64,000 nt of DNA. Source: Amoebidium appalachense (taxonomy: Eukaryota > Protista > Ichthyosporea). Where the stretch lies: NCBI GenBank assembly GCA_963693365.1, contig CAVNZM010000012.1, positions 558,001-622,000 on the forward strand. Reading direction: 5' to 3'. Position 1 is the stretch's first letter; each line of letters starts with the position of its first letter. The notes below the pieces were generated by a model that did not search any database, was not told the DNA's origin, and was given only the letters and a program-made list of their open reading frames with translations. Positions 35,586 through 62,644 of the stretch are shown piece by piece. The translations under genes were made by a program, and so were the position numbers.

Positions 35586-36644
35586 ACAGCAGCGAAAGGG
35601 AAAGGGAGGGGTGGGGAGGGAGGGGGAATACCTTTGTTCGAGGGTGGTGAGGTGGTCAGCCAGCAACTGTAGCCACGTTGCATAGACAAACCTCCGGTGG
35701 GCCCACAGGGTCTCGTGGCCCCCATAGGCACACACCAGGTTGTCACTCAGCACCGTCTGCTGCAAAAACACGCCGCAAACATTGCACGTGCCTACCCATG
35801 GTGGCTCCATGTTCTGCTCCTCACGACCATTGAAAGTTGGTTGTTGTGCGTAGAGGGTTCGGAAGGTGGGGAAGCGTGTGGGGTGGGTGAGGGTGTGGTG
35901 TGTGTGGTGGCTGTGTGATGGTGATGCCTGAAGCATACGAAGAAGGAGGAATTGGAGGTGATGGGCGCCGGAATGATCTGACACGTGTGTTTCCAGCCAC
36001 GTGACTGCACCTTCAATCTCCTTCTGGAAAAGCGCGCTGTTCGCGTACACGTACTGCCCCACCACGAGCTGCCGGTGGCTCCAAGCAAAGTAGTTCTTTT
36101 TGTATAACTCTGCCACCCTTCGACACGTTTCTAGCTCCTTCTCGAGTATTCTAGTCCATTCCTCTCCATCTTTCATCTCTGGATATATGAGCCGAAGTAG
36201 CCAGCGTCTGTGGACCCACGCCGGACCGCATTTTGGATGCTGTGAAAATACCAAAGAAACAAAACGCAGCTCATGCTGGGGGTCTATATGCTTTTTTTGT
36301 GTAAGACGGCGCCTAATGTTCCATGCAGTGTAGTGGTCTGCGTCTATTAGCAATAGCACCTTAGTGGCGTACAACAGGCTGTTAACGGTAGAATCTGGTG
36401 CTACAGTGTCCCCAAGGATCTGTGCTTGATGTTTGAAGATGGTCCTTTGAGCTACTGAAGCGAGTGGTTGTGCGGCCCAGGCAGGGACACCCAGTTTGTG
36501 TTCTTGGCAAAAGAAGACAGAACGTATGTCTACTGTAGGGTCATATTCGTCTAATGTAAGGCCGAATTCATCTAAAAGGGGGTCTGTTTGAAGAACATCT
36601 ACCAGTGTGTCGTATAGAAGCGCGTGCTGCTCTCTTTGTAACAT
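33614..36644 (-). CDS. PTAR1: Protein prenyltransferase alpha-subunit repeat protein (PTAR1-like); exons 36644-35632 and 33803-33614 (~400 aa)
   Basis: EHKLGV motif; PPTA repeats (DHYTAWNIRR, PKCGPAWVHRRW, KNYFAWSHR, HVSDHSGAHH, GHETLWAHRR). Exon 2 gives EQVRLAGAYTKW, resembling the PTAR1 C-terminus. Phase-2 GT-AG intron. Confidence 0.88.
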
Positions 36645-37500
36645 GGTGTTGGCATGGAAAACCCTCACTCCTCCCCTCTCTCTATTTCTACCTCTCTCTG
36701 GGCCCTCCCTCCTGTGCCCTCTCTGTCTCTATCGCACATGCACACACATACACTTTCACACACACTCTCTCTCTCTCTCTCGCTCACACACACACACACA
36801 CACACACTCTCTCTCTCTCTCCCTCTCTCTCTCTCTGACCCTTCCTCTCTGGCACGTTTCTGCAATAAACACGATTCTTTGGATTGGTTAAAAGTCATGA
36901 AGTAAAATGTGGTTCATCTTGATTGGTATAATACGCACGCACAAAAAGTAAATAGATCATACACCTTTTTACAATGTAAAAAAAAATTCATGCTTAGAAT
37001 GCATAGTGTCAATGTAGGACGTGCGAGAAATTCTAAAGCCACTTATAATAAAAAGTTAAATGACTACCATTTTTTGACAGATCATGTAAATGTGCAAGCC
37101 CTACAGTACTTATTGCAGCACTCAACTTGTATTGCCAGTGGCCGTTTTGCAGGCCAACCCATATATGGCAAGAACGCGCATAGGTGAGCGTTTCCATTGA
37201 CCAATCACTTCATTGCATGGACTTTTCGCCAATCACAATCCACCATAAACTCCACAATATCGGCCTACCCTCGCACCTTTTGCAAACTTCAAACTTTTGG
37301 AAGGAGGCTTAGGAACTAATATGTAGAAAGTTAGGAGTCTCATGTTTACTCATACACACCACACTTACACACACTAGTCTGTAGAAAAACACATCTCTAC
37401 ATACACTATGATGTTTTTCTGTTAAGGCATATATTATTAGAGGGTTCACCCTTTTACATTGCCCCATCGCCCGACACACATTCTCCATCCACCACCCACC
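36645..37500. promoter_or_regulatory. Putative bidirectional promoter PTAR1/RapGAP with CCAAT boxes
   Basis: ATTGG at 36883 and 36922; CCAAT at 37201 and 37229, between divergent starts. Confidence 0.6.
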
Positions 37501-38805
37501 ATGTTTACCGAATATATTCTCTTGAGTGGGGTGGTCAACCTGGTTATTAGCTGGCTGTTATACCGTTACTTAGACACACAACTCACCCTTTTACATTCCC
37601 ATCACACACATCTGATAAATGGCCTTCAGAACCTTACCGAGGAGGTGCGCTCTCTTCATTCTCAACTTTCCACACAACAGCCACAACCATTAGTTTCCCC
37701 TCCACAAGCCTCCATTACCGAGGGGGTAGTAACGCACAACAACGATGATGATGTGGACAAGAAAAAAATTGAAAATAAAGTTGCAAAAGCCGCTGTAGGG
37801 GGGAGCCCACCACCATGGGAAGATGTCATGTTTGAGTTTGACCAAGTGCTCGATAATGTAGCCCAGAACCCACAAGCAACATCTGTGCAACAGGTAGATT
37901 CACGGCACCTTACTCTCCCCTCCACCGTACCCATACTTGAAACGACAGAAAATGGGGAGGGCGGCTTTTCGCTAGGAGACTACATGGGACAGTTGGGAAC
38001 CGGACAGGGGAGGGGTTTGACTCCGCCAGTAAAACGTCTAAACATGGGAAGGAAGGGCAGTGTAGGCACCCTGAGATCTAACAGCGAAACAGACCTGGGC
38101 TACCTAGGCCTGTCGGATCCCGCATTTCAGCTTTCGCTACAAACAGCTTTCGCGAATGCTGCACCGAACATGTACAAGGAGAGCTCTGCGCTGATAAAAA
38201 AGAGCGAGGGGTGGTGGGTAGAAGGGGTAGACCGCACACCAACAAGTGAGGCGATGATTGCTGCCCTCCCGTCCAGCAGACACTGTGTGGTTGGGGGGTT
38301 GGGTTTTGTGATGCAACATCAGAGCGTGAGCGAACAGGACAGACCCTACCGCACCCACTTCACAGGCCGGTTGCATAAAAACTACACGGCCACACACCCC
38401 ACGCTTGGTGATTGCCTGTTCAGTGTCTGTGCCACCCCCAACGACATACTGCATGCCCTCCTGTGGACTCCAGAGCAACTGCACTACGTATGCTTATCCC
38501 CCCCGCCTTTCCCCCCTACCCTCTCAAACGCACACACACACACCACCATCACCCCACACACACCCCCCCCATCCCCCCTCCCCCCTCCTCCCCCTCCCCC
38601 CCTCACACACACTCACACACACTCACACATGCAATCAGATGAAGCGGTATCTGAGGTTGGTTTTATGGGCGAGATATGTGGGTTGAAAGTCGGATCCTGT
38701 GCAATGGCTTTGGCGAATGACTTTGGGCCCCCCTGAGTGCTAATTTTCACGTCATGTTACATTTAACCCTCAGTATCATGTTTGCACAGCACTCACGCCT
38801 CCTCC

Positions 38806-38845
<40 letters not shown>

Positions 38846-39690
38846 CCCCCTCCCCCCTCCCACCCCCCCGCCCCGTCCCCCCCCTGTTATCTTCCAAAGG
38901 AGCAAACACACAATGGTGTTGCCCGTTCGGTTGCTAACAACTTCATTCTGTCATCCACACCAGTTCATGCATCCATCCCCTCCCCCCCCCCCCCCTCCCC
39001 CCCCCCTCCCCCAAAAAAAGAAAAAACCCTGTGCTGTATTGACGTGAATGTGTATATTATTCTCTTCGGCACATCTCTAACCCCTTCCCCCCCCCCCCCC
39101 CCCCCCCCCCCTTCCCCCCAGCCACCCCTCCCTCCAACATGTGTATTTCATTGGCCGCCGTGAATGTGTACATCGCACCCCGCAACACAATCCACTCTCA
39201 ACCCCTCTTCTCACTCTCTCCCACACACACACACACACAAACGCACACAAACACGCACACCTTCCCACCCACCCACCCACACACACACGTACAGGCCACC
39301 TTTACACCCGAGATACCCCTGACTGGGCGGCTTCGTGACCTTGCCGCCACACTGGGTGACTTGCAGGTGCCAGCAGCCAGTGAGCTGTGCACGTGCATGC
39401 TGCCTACGTGGCTGGGCCACACACTCATCCCACTGAGTGTGCAGGCACAGGATGCACTGCTAAAGGTGTGTGTGTGTGGGGGGGGGGGGGGGGGGGGGGG
39501 GGGAGCGGGGGAGGTGGGGGGGGAGGGCTGAAGGTGGGGAAAGGGGGAATGGAGGGTGGGGGGTGGTATGGTTATTGGGTGGGAGGCGGTGGGAGGGGCG
39601 GGTGGAGATGGTTGTGGGTATGCGTGTGTGTGGGTGGGTGGGTGGATGAAAGAGAACAGCGGTATGTGGCTGTGTGGGTGTGTGTGTGTG

Positions 39691-39724
<34 letters not shown>

Positions 39725-42157
39725 GGCGGGGAGGTGAGGGGGAGGGGGGGAGGAGGGAGGGGGGGAGGAGGAGAATAAGAGGGATCGGTGGTCGGGTGGT
39801 TCGATGGGCTGGTTGGTGGGCGTGGGAGGGGGGTTCCGGGGGGGGAGGGGGGGGGGGGGGGGGGGGGTTAAGGCAGTCAAGGGAGGTGGCAAGTGGAAGT
39901 TCGTTTCTTTTCCGCCGTGCTTGTGCATAGTTCTTTAAAAAGGAAAAGGACGAAAAGAGGGGGAAGGGGGGAAGGGAGGAGGGGGGGGGGGGGGGAGGGG
40001 GGGAAAAGGGAAAGACGAGAAGGGGGAGAAGGGGGGAAGGGGGGAGGAGGGGGGGGGGGGGAGGGGGGGGGGCTGTGAGCGTGTGTGCGTTGTTGAATGT
40101 CCATGGTAATGCCTTTGTAGGATCTATAGTTAGATGGGCTGGGAAAACGGGGGAGAGCGGGGTACCCGGTAATGGAGAAGGTAATTGGGGTAGGGAAGAC
40201 GGTATCATGAGAGGGGATGCTAATCTGATCAACCTAATGACTCCTGGGGTAATCTGTTGAATGCTTGAATCACATGCTGATTATAAGACTACGATGCTGG
40301 GTTTCTTGCACAGAATATACGGCTTTTGATTGCATGTGCTGGATTTAACAACTTAAATGAATCGACAACTAAAACGCTGACTTTAAAATACGGGGGGGCC
40401 AATCAGGCGGAGGATAATGCGGCCACCATGAATTTTAAGTTTGGAGTCATCCTGGTCAAGGTGGGCACCCATGGTGGGACGGGGGGGGGGAGGGAGGCAG
40501 TGGTGAAAGAAGTTGTGTGTGTGTGTGTGTGTGTGTATGTGTGTGTGGGCTGTCTGTGTGAGTGAGTGAGTGTGTTGGTGTAAGTGTCTGTGTGTGTGTG
40601 TGTGTGTGTGGGCTGTCTGTGTGAGTGAGAGAGTGCGCGCGCATACGCTCACGCGTTCCTGCGTGCATGTGTGTGTCGTGTGCACGCGTGTGTTTGTGTG
40701 CCCGCACTTTAGCTTTGGCACATTTGTGCTTCTTATTTCTTTCGTCTCTTCTTCTTCTTTTTTGGGAGAAGGAGGGGGGGGGGGGGGCCGTGATTGGTTG
40801 CCGTGCACGTGCTCACCCCACAAATCACGTGATTCCCAGGAGGGCCAGACTACGGAGGAGGAGATCTTTGGCAATGAGGCCACACCGGCATTCAGTCAAT
40901 TCCTGAGTCTGATTGGTGACACAGTTACCTTAAAAGGCAAGCACTAACCCCCTACTCTGATCAATGATTGGTGCTGATGGTTGCTGCGTGTTTCCTTACC
41001 GTCATATCACTCATTCTCAGTACATTTTGTTTCTACTCCCCCCTTGTAACAGAACTGTTGCGCCAAAGTGCATTGGCGCTGGTTACGTCATTAGGCAAAG
41101 CACAGAAGACAACACACACCTGCGCACGTGCACACACACACACACACACATGCTCACGCGCACCCATGAGCATGCAAGCACAGAAGCACGTGCATTTTGT
41201 TTTTCTTTCACTCTCATCTTTTTTCTGTTAATGGGGGGGGGGAGGGGGGGGAGGTAGGTATTCTAATATACGGTATGGTGTCGACAGGGTTCGAAGGTTT
41301 TCGAGGAGGCCTTGATGTGTGCAACAACACAACAGGTAAGCATCTCCTCTCCCCCCCCTCCCCCCGTCTTTTTTTCTTGTTTTGTATTAGTAACCCTAAC
41401 AAGCAATAACAGTCGGCTCTGACCAAGACGGGTGACCTACCCATGCCCCAGTAAGGCAGTATCTGATTTGGGTTTCACATGCGAGGTGAATGGCTCGGAA
41501 CCCGGGGTATTGTGGATGACTTTGGGGCCCCCCTGGGGATGGGCCTTTGTTATGATGCGTGTGCGGTGTTTCTTGTTGCGTAGATTTGCATTGTCTTGTT
41601 CGTTCTCAATGCGTACTTCGTGTCCTGTAACGCATTCAACCCCCCTTCCTGCCCCCTCCCCTCCCTCCCCTCCCTCTGGGTCCCCCCTGAGGACGGGCTC
41701 TGCCTATGCTTCGTGCTGTGCGCGTTGCTGATGTTACATGCTTGAATGAGTGAATGAATGAACGTTGAATGCTTGCCTTTGCATGTGTCCTGCACCGTTT
41801 TTCTCACCGCGGCCGTGTTCTGTTTTCTGATCCCCCCCCCCTTTACCCCACAAAAGAAAGCTCGTGTCTTTCCTGTTCTTTCTCATGATTTTTTTTCATG
41901 GTATATTGTGTTTCTTTTGCTTCGCACTTTTGGATTTGGCAAACAGGCCCACACCATAAGACAAAGCTCTGGTATCCCCACATTTACACCAACACCAAGA
42001 TGATATGTCACTGAGTACCGATTTAACTTACATGCACTTAACAACTAAATAAGTCATGTATTACTTACACACGGATGTACTCCCCCCCCCCCCCCCCCAC
42101 CAACACACACACACACACACGTACACACACGTACACACACGAGCATCCACAACCACA

Positions 42158-42199
<42 letters not shown>

Positions 42200-42247
42200 A
42201 ACACACACAACCACAAACACACACACACACACACACCCACACACACA

Positions 42248-42298
<51 letters not shown>

Positions 42299-45031
42299 AC
42301 ACACACACACACGTGCACACACACACACGTACACACACACACACACGTACACACGTACACACACGCACACGTACAGGGCAGCTATCCGTGCACACCACGC
42401 ACTCCGGGCACGAGGTGATGTATCATGTCTCTCCTTATCTCCCCTCCACCCCCCGTGATCCCCAGCAAGTGCAGCGCAAGAGACACATAGGCAATGACAT
42501 ATGCTGTGTGGTGTGGCTGGAGCCAAATGCACCCCCATTCGTGCCCACATGCATCGCCTCACAGGTAGAGAGAGACCCCTCGTCCCCCCCCCTTCCCCCC
42601 CCCCTCCCGCCTCTATCCTCCCCCACCCCCCACGCCCGTCCTCATCCCCCCTACGCGCCCCCTCTCCCCTCCCCCCCCCCCTCCCTCCCCCCCCCTCTCC
42701 CGAGTTCTGTTTTGCACACACCTACCCCTGCCTACTGGTCCCATTAACCTTTCTGCCTTTCTTCTCTCACGATCTACCCTTCCCCATTGCACCTTTCCCC
42801 ACTTCTTCCCATGCACGTACCATGTGACTCACACCCGCCTTATCCCTCCCCCAACCCACTCTTCCCCCCCCCACCCTCCCTGCTCATTATGAAATAATCT
42901 ATATGTACACTATGCAAGTATTTTCATCGTGTTGTCCTTCGTGAGTGTGTACTTCATCCCCATTAACACATTCTAACCCCTCCCCCCCTCCCCCCTCCCC
43001 CCTCCCCCCCTCCCCCCTCCCCCCTCCCCCCGCAGTTTCTCCACTGCTACCTTGTAGTGCAACCCCACCCCTCCAACCCCTATGTCTACCGTGTGGGTGT
43101 GGTTGCCAAGGAGGGTGTGCCCCCCTTTGGCCCCGTATTGGGTGCCGACTGTGACCTGCCGGCAGACCACAACTTGAAGGATGTAGGCTACACTCCCCCC
43201 TCCCCCCCCCCCCCCCCCCTCCCCCCACCCACCCACCCACCGACACCCACCCACCCACACTCCCCCCTCCCCCCCCCCTCCCCCCCTTGTATTAATGGCG
43301 TGCTTATCTGGCTATCATCTCCTGCCTCTCCTTCACCTGCCTCCCCTGGCACACACTAAGTAGGCGCAGATGTGTTCGTATTGTCGGTTTTCTTTTTGAT
43401 TTTTGCTAAAAGGCTTGCTTTGTAGCTTTGTACCTATTTCTTTTCTTGGTGTTCGAATGCGTGTTGTCAGTCACCCCCTCCCCCCTCCCCCCCTCCCCCC
43501 CCTCCCCCCCCCCCCCCCCCCCCCCGGAAAATTTAAAAGGAAAAAAAAAAAATACCGTGGGTCGTTTTCCTTTTACAGAGCTGATGATTCACGGGAGCCG
43601 ACATGTGGAAACGTGAAGAATATTATTTTTTTAATAAAAAAAATTCCTTTCCCCCCTCCCCCCTCGCCCTCTCATCCCCCTCCGTCTCTCCCTTCTCTTC
43701 CCCTTTTGCGTCACATCGTCTCCGCTTCCTCGCTGCTTCTCCCGTCCCAACCCCTCCTCCGCCTTGCAACCCCCCCCCTCCCCCCCCTTCCCGCCCCGTT
43801 CCCACCATCTATCTACCTATCTGTTTGTGTGTTCCTTTTGTTTTCCATACCTGCATTGCCTTCCTCGTTGTGAATCTCACCTCCCGATTACCACATTCTC
43901 ACCCCCCCCCCCCCCCCCCCCTCCCCCCCCCCCCCCCCGAGTATGGATCTTCTTATTATTCTTTCTCTTTGTGTTTGCATTGCTAAATCTGGACTGTGTG
44001 GCAATGTCCCACGGTACATCGTACTATGTAACAAATTGGGCTAAACTCCCCCCCCCCCCCCCCCTCCCCCCCCCCCCCTCCTTCTCTCCCTGCCTCTAAG
44101 GGTGGAGTCTCTGTATGATACATCCTCTCTGCATGTGCTTTGAATCTGAAAATGTGTTGTCCGTATCATGAAAGTACACTTTCTACATTGCAACACATTC
44201 TGACCTCCCTCCCCTCCCCCCCCCCCCCCACCCACCCACCCACCCACCCTCTCCCCCCCCCCCCCCCCCCCCCCCCCCCCAGCACCTACTTTCCAAGCTG
44301 ATTGCTGCTGAGCGTGCCAGCTACTCTGCGCCTGTGTTCCGCCGCCTGTCCACCCGTACTAGAAGACAAGTGCTGCAGACACTTGCAAATCAACTGCCTC
44401 ATATGGAAGTGGCTACAGTCAGGTGAGGGTGGCATAAAAACTTAGAATATCAGAAAAATATTCGAGCAAGTTATGTTGTTTGGGTGTGATGGATTGGGGA
44501 GATGGGGTCTTTTGGATGGATGGGTGGACAAGGACTAGAGGGTGGGGGCAAAAGAGAACAATTGAAGGTGTGAAGATGAAAAGAGCGAGGGGCTGAGGAC
44601 CGGGGGGGGGGGGGGGGGGGGGGGGTCGTCAGTCCGTGTGTGTTTTTATTCGTGTGTTTTTTTGTTTTTTTTTTTTTTTTTTTTTTTGGGGGGGGGGGGA
44701 GGGGGGGGGAAGGGAAGAGGGATGGGTTCTCTAGACAAACGAACACCAGTCTGGATTGGTAGCCCTAAAGCTAGTGTTATTTCCGAAGGTGTTGGTTCTT
44801 GTTTCATTTGTTCTCTAGCTTATTTTATGCATTTGAATGTGTGCGTGTGTGTTTGTGGGGGGGAAGGGGGGAGGAGGGGGGGAGGGGGGAATGGGGGGGG
44901 GGGGAAGGGGAGGGGAGGGGATTTGCTGACGTCTGGGCCGGCAGGAGGACACGGTCTGTGGGGGGGCTGAAGAGTTTCTTTCGCGATGCAATTGGAGGCA
45001 AGGGCAAGACAGAGTCGTTCAGGTGTGTGAC

Positions 45032-45082
<51 letters not shown>

Positions 45083-45388
45083 GCGGGGGGGGGGGGGGGG
45101 GGGGGGGGGGCTTGTGTGTGTATGTGCCTGTCCGTTGTGCATGTGAGTTGTTAATGTGCATGTGGGTGTGGGTGTTTGTGTGGGTTTGAGTCTGTGTGTG
45201 GTTTGTGTGTGACAGTGTGTTTATGCGTGTATATGTGTGTGAGGGGAGGAGAGGGAGGAGAGCTGGAGGGGGGGGAGTGGGGTATGGGCGGGGATGGGCG
45301 GTGTTTGGGTGTGTGCATGATAGGAGGATGGAGTGGTTGGGTGTGTGTGTGTGCGTGCGTGTGTTTGTGGGTATGCGTGTGCGCGCGC

Positions 45389-45430
<42 letters not shown>

Positions 45431-45512
45431 TGTTTTGTTGTGTGTGTGTCTGTGTGTGTGTGTGTTGGTGGAAGGAGGTGGGGAAGGGGACTACAGGAAT
45501 GTGGTTCGGTGA
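37501..45512 (+). CDS. Rap/Ran-GAP domain protein (Rap1GAP-like) with hydrophobic N-terminus; exons 37501-38487, 39295-39465, 40407-40460, 40840-40936, 41288-41335, 42377-42564, 43036-43182, 44283-44422, then tentatively 44945-45022 and 45497-45512
   Basis: NFKFGVILVKEGQTTEEEIFGN...FLSLIGDTVTLKGFEGFRGGLDV...GHEVMYHVSPYLP...QQVQRKRHIGNDIC (Asn-thumb motif)...VPPFGP...LLSKLIAAERASY. The last two exons are uncertain; read-through would stop at 44426. Confidence 0.9.
41415..41810 (+). repeat. Repeat family A, diverged copy and partial second copy
   Basis: ctctgaccaagacgggtgacc...atgactttggggccccc...gcgtacttcgt...gcattcaacccc, then ccccctgaggacgggctctgc...gcctttgcatgtgtcctgcacc. Confidence 0.8.
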
Positions 45513-46342
45513 GTTGGGACGAGCAGTTTCGATCATCATGTGACACGCATACACGTGCACTACACACACAACCAACCCTCAACCACGGGCATACACACGG
45601 GCGTACCTGCCGTCCACCCCTTCTCACATCGATACGTGCACATGGCGAGGTTTGTTTCAGAGTATGGGCGTTGGTGTGGTTTCGATTTCAGATCGGGGTG
45701 GGTGGATGCATGCAATGTTAGCTTTCTATGCATACTTTTTGCTAAATTCAGTCGGATTTTAACCATCATGGTCTCTGATGCCTTAAACCTACTATCGACC
45801 AATCGGGGGCCTTCGGGGCATCCGGAAGGAGTGGAATTAAGTTGAAAAAAAAAAAAAAGAAAGAAAGAAAACACTTTCAGCATTCACACCGAAAGGGGAG
45901 GGGGGGGGGGGGGGGGGGGAGGAGAGGAGGAGGAGGAGGGGGGGGGGGGGGGGGGGGGTCACAAGTATGGTTGAAACAATTGCACCTGAGGGGGGGGAGG
46001 GGGGGGGGGTTTCAATAACTAAACTTAACATTTTCACACACAGAGTACGAAGACGCGTGACGGGGTCCATCGAACTTTTCAAACAGCCGGAGCCGGCACG
46101 ACCATGACTATATCGAGTAAACAGCGTAAACCCCCATGACTATATGGGCCCAAAAACATCCAAAATACCATCTCGAAATTTACGAAAAAACGGAACGCAA
46201 AAACGAATCACGCTTATGCGTGCACCCACACGTTTTGTGTCACGTGTGCCTTCAACGAGGATGCTTGGTGCGCGTGGGAATAGCACGTGTTTGCGAAAAC
46301 CGGAAATGGGAAACACCGAAAAAATGTTTTCCGATATCCGAA

Positions 46343-46443
46343 ATTGGAGCGGCTCTATGATATAATGCGATATATTTCCGATTATTTAAACGAATATTGG
46401 AGCGGCTGTATGATATAATGCGATATATTTCCGATTGTTTAAA
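46343..46443. repeat. ~54-bp tandem duplication inside an AT-rich intergenic segment (possible non-autonomous DNA transposon)
   Basis: attggagcggct(c/g)tatgatataatgcgatatatttccgatt(a/g)tttaaa occurs twice; no terminal inverted repeats found. Confidence 0.7.
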
Positions 46444-47752
46444 TATGAAAATTACATATCCCCTGCGCGATTTGCGCGCTCTGAGTTGTTGTATGATGGT
46501 AGATCTATTCTGAATATTACAGGGGAACTGTGATTTGTGGCTGGATGACCACATTTAGTCTTTCGTTTGGTTGTGCCTGGGTTGGTGAAAATTTCCGAAA
46601 TATTAACGATAAACCGGTATGAATTGGATATACATTAGATGCCAAGGCGTCGTAGGATGAAATTTCTTTCTAGGTTGATCAACTGTGGACGTGCTTCTCG
46701 AAAATTATGTTTGTAAATTTGCGAATTTTGACCCGTTGAACATGCTGATTTACGGTGGGCTCTGTGAAATGCAGGTATAGTAACGGTAGCCATATGACAA
46801 TGGGGTACTTTGATTGGTCCAGGCCGGCCACTTATCCTAACTATAATTGATCGTAATGCACAGTAGTTACGTAGTATTTAAGTGGCCTAGGCTTTATTCC
46901 ACCTTTTTTTTTTTTTTTTTTTTTTTTTTTGCCGTTGGACCACACTAAAATATAACAATACCATAAAAGGGAAATGCAAGACTCGTAAAACCCCGGCCCT
47001 CTAACCCCCCCCCCCCCCCCCCCCCCCCCCGGCCCTCTGAAAAACCGTGCCCCCCCCCCTCCCCCCCCCCCCCGCCGCCACCGCCGCCTCCCCCTATAGG
47101 CCTTCCCCCACCCACCCACCGCCACCACCACCACCTTTCACCCACCGTGCCCACGGCCAACACATTGCACATGTTCACATGCACACGCACAGGTGGCGAA
47201 CCTTGGTAGTGTGAGTGTGTTCGAACGCTTTGCCTCTGTATATTGAAAAGAGAAACAAGACCAATTAAGAGGCCCATGATACGAGTGTGTCATTCGATCT
47301 GGTGTTCGACGTATGATATAGAGTTCTTTGGTGGGGTTTTGTGCAACTTTCCCTTGCGTACTGTGTACCTGTATTGGTAGGATTTAGCCGCCTTTGCTTG
47401 AGTTATTATGTACCTTAGACTGCGTGCATGTAGGCAAAAATAAAGGATGTGTACCTGTGTTGTGTTTGTGCACATGTCTACCGTAACACACCTGTATCAA
47501 ATAACTTCCAGCCACGTGCATCAGAAGAAAACACAGCATGTATTTTTATCTGGCCAGCAGATAAACCCCCCTGCAACATGTGCAGTCTATATGTACAAGG
47601 GGCATCCCAGCGCCCCAAAATGCGGCTAGGGGGGTTCCTGAAACATTGTAATATTCGACTTGCAGACGGTATATCTCGGCGACGGCTAAATTTCGACACG
47701 CTCACCTCACCAGCCTGTCCTTAGAGTTTAAGCCTCAGGGGGCAAAAGGGGC

Positions 47753-47786
<34 letters not shown>

Positions 47787-48121
47787 AAAGAAAGAAAAAT
47801 TAAGAAAAATTAAAAACTGGGGCAACCGGGGAGTTTGATATATGCGCCCGCCATCCAATTCTCACCTTGCCAAGCATAATACCCCAACAAAACATTCAGT
47901 CCAAATTCCTTTCAAACAAAGCACCAGCGAACAAAAACGACAGAGGAAATCCCCCCCTGCCACCAAACACACCACACTCTATTATGAACAACATAGCCAA
48001 TATCCCAACGCCGAACAGCAGGGTATGGGGAGGCAAAGGGGGGGGGGGGGGGGACAAGATGAGAGAGGGGGGGGGGGGGGGGACGGTGGTTGTACTATCA
48101 GCAACAACAGGAAACCACGGC

Positions 48122-51868
<3,747 letters not shown>

Positions 51869-52741
51869 GTTGGCGGCCTTTATATGTTGTCAATACCTAT
51901 ATTAGCGGTTAAACTCTAAACGTGTATAGATGTATTGCTTTGCACTCTCACTATAAAAATTTGTAGACAGAGAGACAGAGTGTTGAATCAAATGCGTCAC
52001 ACGTGGGTGAGATCGATGACGTAGCAATGCGCGCTCAACCAATCATAAATGTGGGCGAATCAGTAATCAAGAATATAATGAAATTGCATTCCATTCTCTC
52101 CATCAAATACCAAAGTGGATATTTTTATCCCGTACAATTTGCTGCAAATTGAATGTGTCCTGTACCGCTGTTTTTATTTTTCGCCCACGGCAATAAAAAA
52201 GCATGATATTAGGCGAATGGTCTATCTTTAAAACGCACCAGTGCGCTCCCTCCCAATCGTAAACACGCGCTGACCCCCCTTTTACCCAATCAGATACCGC
52301 CCGCCCCCCTCCCTTGCGGGTGCCATATGTGTCCTGTACCGCACATGTAACGATTGCCTCGGCCTATAGCTAGCCCTACATTAGTGGCGGCTAGGTGATG
52401 CTTTTACACAAGAGGTTGGCTTGATGCTTATCTACACTCATTATAAGACGTTTCTAAACAACAAAAACATTTTGAAACAAGTAGCAAGATACTACATAAC
52501 TGGGCCACTATTCTCCGATAAATATAAGAAGTTTTGTGACTCGGTGCCGAGCGCCGAAAACTGACATCGAGGACGTCGACCACGACAGCTGACCACGACA
52601 CGACGAGGAGCTGCCATTTCATGCCCACTCTATTCAGTCTCACTGTGGGCTGAAAAACACAGAGTCTTATTTACGAAACTAGGGTTTGTCATTTTTGTGT
52701 TCGTTCTTTTATACAACGCTTCCAAAGGCCTCAAAGATGTC

Positions 52742-62032
<9,291 letters not shown>

Positions 62033-62058
62033 AGGGTATGGTGTGTAAGGTGTCCACC

Positions 62059-62100
62059 TTATGGGAGGTATGCAGTAGATCTACTGCATATCTCCCATAA
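62059..62100. other. 42-bp near-perfect palindrome
   Basis: ttatgggag-g-tatgcagtagatctactgcata-t-ctcccataa, with a single G/T pair. Confidence 0.9.
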
Positions 62101-62600
62101 TGTTCGTTGTGGTGTGAAAGGGCACGAAATGGCCCAGAAATTGGTCGCTATTTCTTGCAGCAGTAATAGAGCCAGCCTGGCTGAATAGCTCATGTCTTAA
62201 CAATGACAACTCAAAAATTGATATTTGCCTGTACTTATAGTTATTGGGTTATAGTAGACCCATCCTGTCCTCTTACTATGTAATAGATATATGCATCTCA
62301 TCTCTGCCGTTTTCATTATTGCTTTATGAGTATTTACACATAGACCTACTTTTGCCTTTCGTCATGCAGGCAAGATGGCCCGATAATCCTTCTCGAATAA
62401 TAAATTGCAAAACTGGTTCCTTTTTGTCCGAATTCATCATAGTGTTGGCCCACCGACTGGTGAGACCTCTTGGGCCAGCAAAAAAGACAAATTCACTGAA
62501 AGGAAGCTTGGGATAGATGGGGGGGGGGGGGGAAAGAAGGGAAGGGGGGAGAGGGGGTGGTTAGGGGGGAAGGCTGAGTAGGGGTTTTTTTTTTTTTTTT

Positions 62601-62644
<44 letters not shown>

